64,000 nucleotides of DNA, taken from the NCBI GenBank assembly GCA_964036045.1, contig OZ038379.1, positions 24,304,001-24,368,000 of the forward strand, read 5' to 3'. The notes beneath the pieces were generated by a model. The model did no database searches. It worked only from the letters and a program-made list of their open reading frames with translations, and was not told where the DNA came from. This document shows, piece after piece, positions 59,866 through 64,000 of this stretch; positions within the stretch are counted from its first letter, which is position 1; the number at the start of each line of letters is the position of its first letter. The translations under genes were made by a program, and so were the position numbers. The stretch is from Eutreptiella sp. 'Long Island Sound 2002' (Eukaryota; Protista; Euglenida).

Positions 59866-61655
59866 GAAACTGAAGTTTAATGTGTTCCCTGGAACTGCCG
59901 CTGTCTGTGCATTTATGCAGCATGCATATGAATTTCTGTTCTCGCTGAGTCGATTTTCATAATCGAAATGCAGGGTGTGCCGCATGGATTGGACGCCCTG
60001 ATCAAATTTTCCACGGAACACTGGGAAAAATGGTCAGACCATGTAGGAAAGAAGCAGGTATTGGATCTTGCCAACTCGGAGTGGAACACGATCAAGGAGC
60101 AATCTGAGTCACGGATACTTGTCCCCACAGGCGTCCTAGATGGACGTGCATAACCCGCACGAAGCCTGTGGTTATAGTTACTACGGCTGGACTGATGCTA
60201 GGCAACCTGCCTATGAGTGCCTCGCCTTTGTTCACAGCGAGGCTTTGAACTTCGAACTTATGTGGCGCCGGAAGTATAAAAAAAACAATCTGAGTCACGG
60301 TTGGGTGGCTCGCTGCATGACGTCCGCGAGCAGTGGAACTGCTGGCAGCGTACGAGCTCTACACAGGGGTAGTGTTGAAGGTGCCAGACTTGGTGTTCAT
60401 GCCACGTGAGCTGGAGACGGACAAGCCTGAGATCTGGGTCAAGCGGCTGGAACCAGTACAGGGTGGCCTACATGAAACTGCTGTCAGGCAAGCGCCATAA
60501 GGTGGAGAACCCCGACTCAGGAGGAGGCAGTCCAGGAGCCCATGGTGCGACACAGGCGGGGGAACGCCAAAATCTTGGACTCCAGCAGCATGACGCCGTT
60601 GAAGCAAGTCATCCGAGCTGGCGGAAATGAAGGAGCCGGGGCAACCGCGCCCCAGGATCTGGGTGGCAGGACGGATGTGCCAATGGATGAGGATGGAACA
60701 ACGGGCGGTATAGAGTTGCTTTCCCTGCAGAAAGAACCTCTGGGTCAGAACAGGGACAACTTGCGCCGAGTCCGGAAACGAAAAGGGTCCCCGAAGTGGG
60801 TAGGCAGGCTATCAAAAATGGTGGAAACCATTGCAAAAAATAGCGCAGAAGAGGTACCCATGGGTGTGATCGCGCAGGAGATCTGGGATGTCATCATGGA
60901 GGTGGACAAGGACGGCATACGCCTCCTGAAGAACCAAGTCAAGAACAGGAAGTAACGAGAGCGGGAAAAGAAGAAAAAGGCAAAGGCCAGGGCGGAAAGG
61001 CGAGCCAAGAAGGAGCAAAAGCGCCGAAGCAGGAGAGTCGAAAAAAGGCCAAGCCGGCGGACATGGACTCATCGGACGAATCCAGCTCGTCAAGCACCCC
61101 CTCGAACACCACAAGTTCAAATTTGTCGAGCGACTCCTCCTCCGTCAGCGACAGTTCATCCGACACGGACCAGAAAAGCAAGTCACAGGATGGTGGTAGC
61201 CGAGATGGGACGCTGAAACTTAGGAGAGGACGCCCGGAGGATTTTGAGTTCCAGCGGACCAACGGACGCAAGCACTTTCGCACCAATGAAGGAACCTGGC
61301 AAGACTGCACCAACCCGCCCTCTCGACCGTGCAAATTCTGTAGCAACCGCCACTCGGTGTTCCAAAGTGCCGAGTCCGGATGCTGTTGAGGCGGCCCAGC
61401 GGACCCCCACGTCCCGGGGGGGGGGGATCACGGGCCGACAATTGGATAGGAGAGCGCGACAAGCAGGCACTGCGGGTCAAAAACGCACTAGGGGCTTTTG
61501 TGAAGGAAGCAGAACCAGAGATTGGCAGCTCATACGAAGCTACTATATGGCGTAAACCGGCGAATGGCACAAGAAAGGCCTATGCAGGGGCCCTGCAGAA
61601 ATGGTACTGCAGGATCAATGGATTCATGGCGCCGCGTGAAGCGCTCAAGGGGCGC
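59866..61655 (+). mobile_element. Second, diverged and 3'-truncated copy of the gag-like/YR retrotransposon
   Basis: Same 5' repeat A, MQGVPHGLDAL start, WQDCTNPPSRPCKFCSNRH knuckle and YR N-terminus (WIGERDKQA..YEATIWRK..GTRKAY). Confidence 0.8.
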
Positions 61656-61657
61656 AT

Positions 61658-62326
61658 TTCAAACGTTCTGGTGGCACTACTGCGTCTGCCAACATTCTGG
61701 ACCCCTCAGAGCGCGGTGTTGACTACCGGACCATCACATATGAGCGCTCTGGCACTATGGCGACGCATGACTGTGCCCCTATAGCGCGGATGTCCATGCG
61801 CGTGGTGTATGGGGACTGGCAAATGTTTTTGCCATTGCCGACGGAAAGTTGTACGTCAAGCGTGATATTCCTGAGGAAAACTGTTTGCCACAGGGGCTGG
61901 AGCCCCCTGTCAAGCCCCCTGCCAAGCCTGCTCCCAAAGCTGCCAAACCTCGTGCCATACCCTCAACCAAGAGTGCAGCCAAACCTGCTGCCCAGGTGGC
62001 AGCCAAGGCTGCAGCCCAGCCTGCAGCTGGAGAGCCCCTTCCTGTGGCCCCTGGTGAGCATGTGCAGCTCTTCAGAGTCAAATACTCCTGCCAGAAAAGT
62101 GGCACACAGAGCCTATTTCTCAGTAGAGCTGAACATGCATCCCATTTCCGGGCTCGTTTTGTTGTTCATGTGCCTTTGTGTTTGCGCGTCTTGTTTCGTG
62201 TCGCGCGCCCTTTGCAGAGTAATTGGGGGTGCAAGGGAACCGTCACTTGGGGTATTTTGGGGTATGTTCCCTCCGGGGTGCGAGGAAACCGCCGCGCACA
62301 ATTGCTGACTATGCAAGGGGGGGGGG
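61658..62326 (+). pseudogene. Tudor-like domain + ARGVWG/RDIPE + Lys/Pro/Ala linker + GEHVQLF, ending at a G10|TA element end
   Basis: KRSGGTTASANILDPSERGVDYRTITYE, a frameshift, then ARGVWG..KLYVKRDIPE..PGEHVQLF. CAAG10TA at 62314-62328. Confidence 0.55.
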
Positions 62327-62829
62327 TAGGATGCCCAAGCAAGTGCTTTTTTTACCCCATTGTCAGTCCGTTTTGAGCCCATTTTGAACTGTTTTGGCCC
62401 TCCACATGTCTAAGAAGCCTTGTAAATGGGCCATTGTGGGACCACAATAGGGTCAAATAAGGGTAAACAATGTATTTAAAACTGAATCTACACTATTTTG
62501 GTCCCGACAGGTGTTTTCAGCAATTTTAAACCCATGGTGAGCTGGTTTGACCCTCCAAAGATCTCAAAAATCTTGAAAAAAACGGGCCGTTTTGGCCCCT
62601 GAATGGGCCACAACTGAAAATCCACCTTTCCACTAGTGATTTGAGATCACATGCTCATACATGTGTTTTGGCCCAGCTTTAGCTCATGGTGTGCTGTTTG
62701 GAGCCTGAAAATTTCTCAACACAACCATACTGCCTTTAGAAAAATGTCCAGAAGCTTTGGCAAACAGACGACCCACTTGGAAAGAGGGGACCTGTTCGCA
62801 TCTGCCGTTGATTTAACTCTCTTTTGACC

Positions 62830-63360
62830 TTGGATATGTCCTTGTTCCTCACGAGAGTGACCGTCGTATACCCCAGGCGCACCGCCAGGCGCACTCCCTA
62901 GATAAGGGCCTGCTATTCTACCAACTGTTGGCTCTGGGCGCGCAGCCGCCGGGCTACCTCTGATCGGACTCCCAGAAACGCCGAAAAACCGCCTACTCTC
63001 CAGGACGAACTGTCATGTGCACCATCAACGAAAAGCACCAGCCCAGGCCCCTCCCACCACCTCCCCAGCAGGACCGGGTCTAATCTGTGTAATCCCAGCT
63101 CCAGACACAAGGTCTGGACTCCAGGCAGGGGCGGGCGCCACGGCTCAGCAGCCATGGTCTGAAGAACGGCAAGAGACTCCAGGACCGCCACAGGAGTATG
63201 GCCAGCCTGTTCCCTGTTGACCCAACAGTAGGCCCCCGTAGCAAGAGGGCACACCACGCCTAGCGGCCGTACCTGCCAGTGAAGGAAGCCCAAAAAAGAT
63301 TGCATTACTCGCTTTTGCGACCGCCAGACTGCCAACTTGGGCCGGGCCACCAACATTTGC
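62830..63360 (-). pseudogene. RT-thumb/RNase H fragment of a YR retrotransposon
   Basis: QSFLGFLHWQ..LFVDGA..SQQLVE*QAL is colinear with RRLLGKLCW..VFADAA..LQQAELFA of ORF 2-1951. Confidence 0.7.
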
Positions 63361-63366
63361 AGGTGG

Positions 63367-64000
63367 CCACCTTGCCCACTTGTGGGCCACCTCTGATTCT
63401 GCCCCCTGCTCTGAAGCGGTGGGGACCCCCCTAGGCGGTAGGGGTTATGTAGCCACCTTGCCCGCTTGTGGGCCACCCCTGATTCTGCCTCCAATCTGAA
63501 GTGGTGGGGACCCCCCCGCGGCAGGGGTTACGTAGCCACCTTGCCCACTTGTGGGCCACCTCTGATTCTGCCCCCCGCTCTGATGCGGTGGGGACCCCCC
63601 AGGCGGCAGGGGTTATGTAGCCACCTTGCCCACTTGTGGGTCACCTCTGATTCTGCCCCCACTATGAAGTGGCGGGGACCCCCCAGGCTGGAAGGGTTTT
63701 GTAGCCACTTTGCCCGCTTGTGGGCCACCTCTGATTTTGCCCCCTGCTCTGAAGCGGTGGGAACCCCTCAGGCGGCAGGGGATATGTAGCCAGCTTGCCC
63801 GCTTGTGGGCCATCTGATTCTGCCCCACTCTGAAGCAGTGGGGTCCCCTCGGGCGGCAGGGGTTATGTAGCCACCTTGCCCACTTGTGGGCCACCTCTGA
63901 TTTTGCTCCCCGCTTTGAAGCGGTGGTGACCCCCTCAGGCGGCAGGGGTTATGTAGCAACCTTGCCCACTAGTGGGCCACCTCTGATTCTGCCCCCCACT
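63367..64000. repeat. ~85-bp tandem satellite, >=7.5 diverged units, running off the window
   Basis: Units at 63367, 63453, 63536, 63621, 63705, 63790, 63871 and 63957 (CCACCTTGCCCACTTGTGGGCCACCTCTGATT...GGCAGGGGTTATGTAG). Confidence 0.97.

Noticed and set aside
63367-64000. CRISPR-like array
   Set aside because: Units are contiguous diverged ~85-bp copies without unique spacers, and there are no cas genes. It is a satellite.
1-64000. tRNA and rRNA genes
   Set aside because: No cloverleaf or conserved rRNA signatures were recognised by eye. tRNAscan-SE and Infernal would be needed to exclude them formally.

Overview
Repeat-dominated eukaryotic DNA, supported by GT-AG introns, a (GA)n microsatellite, satellites, and LINE and tyrosine-recombinase retroelements. 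The host may be a protist, possibly a euglenozoan; this is an unverified inference from VIPER-like and ingi/L1Tc-like element architecture. I found no rRNA, tRNA or CRISPR features. Main contents: (1) YR-retrotransposon (DIRS/Ngaro/VIPER group) pieces: an open RT-RNaseH ORF (2-1951), two decayed gag-like + tyrosine recombinase copies (8.1-11.0 kb, with an apparent A1...B1-A2-B2 split-direct-repeat layout, and 59.9-61.7 kb), and an RNase H fragment (62.8-63.4 kb, minus strand). (2) A decayed ~14 kb block (11-24.7 kb) with two paralogous intron-containing ParB/Srx-like pseudogenes, a possible N6/N4-methylase-like segment and a transposase-like ORF. (3) Two APE-type LINEs (25.7-35.9 kb), one with a 2A-like motif ahead of the endonuclease. 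(4) Two probable host ORFs (36.8 and 40.6-43.3 kb). (5) The most striking part, 46.6-58.8 kb: stacked non-autonomous TIR elements. Four have GGGGG...CCCCC termini, each with its own perfect 3-bp TSD and 11-bp subterminal repeats matched between its two ends. Others are TA-flanked and poly-C-tipped, and one is a 3.3-kb foldback. They carry fragments of a Harbinger-type DDE transposase, Tudor-like domains, a B-box, an N6A-methyltransferase and RNase H, and a clan-CE protease fragment lies alongside them. All domain calls come from visual motif recognition; no database searches were run.
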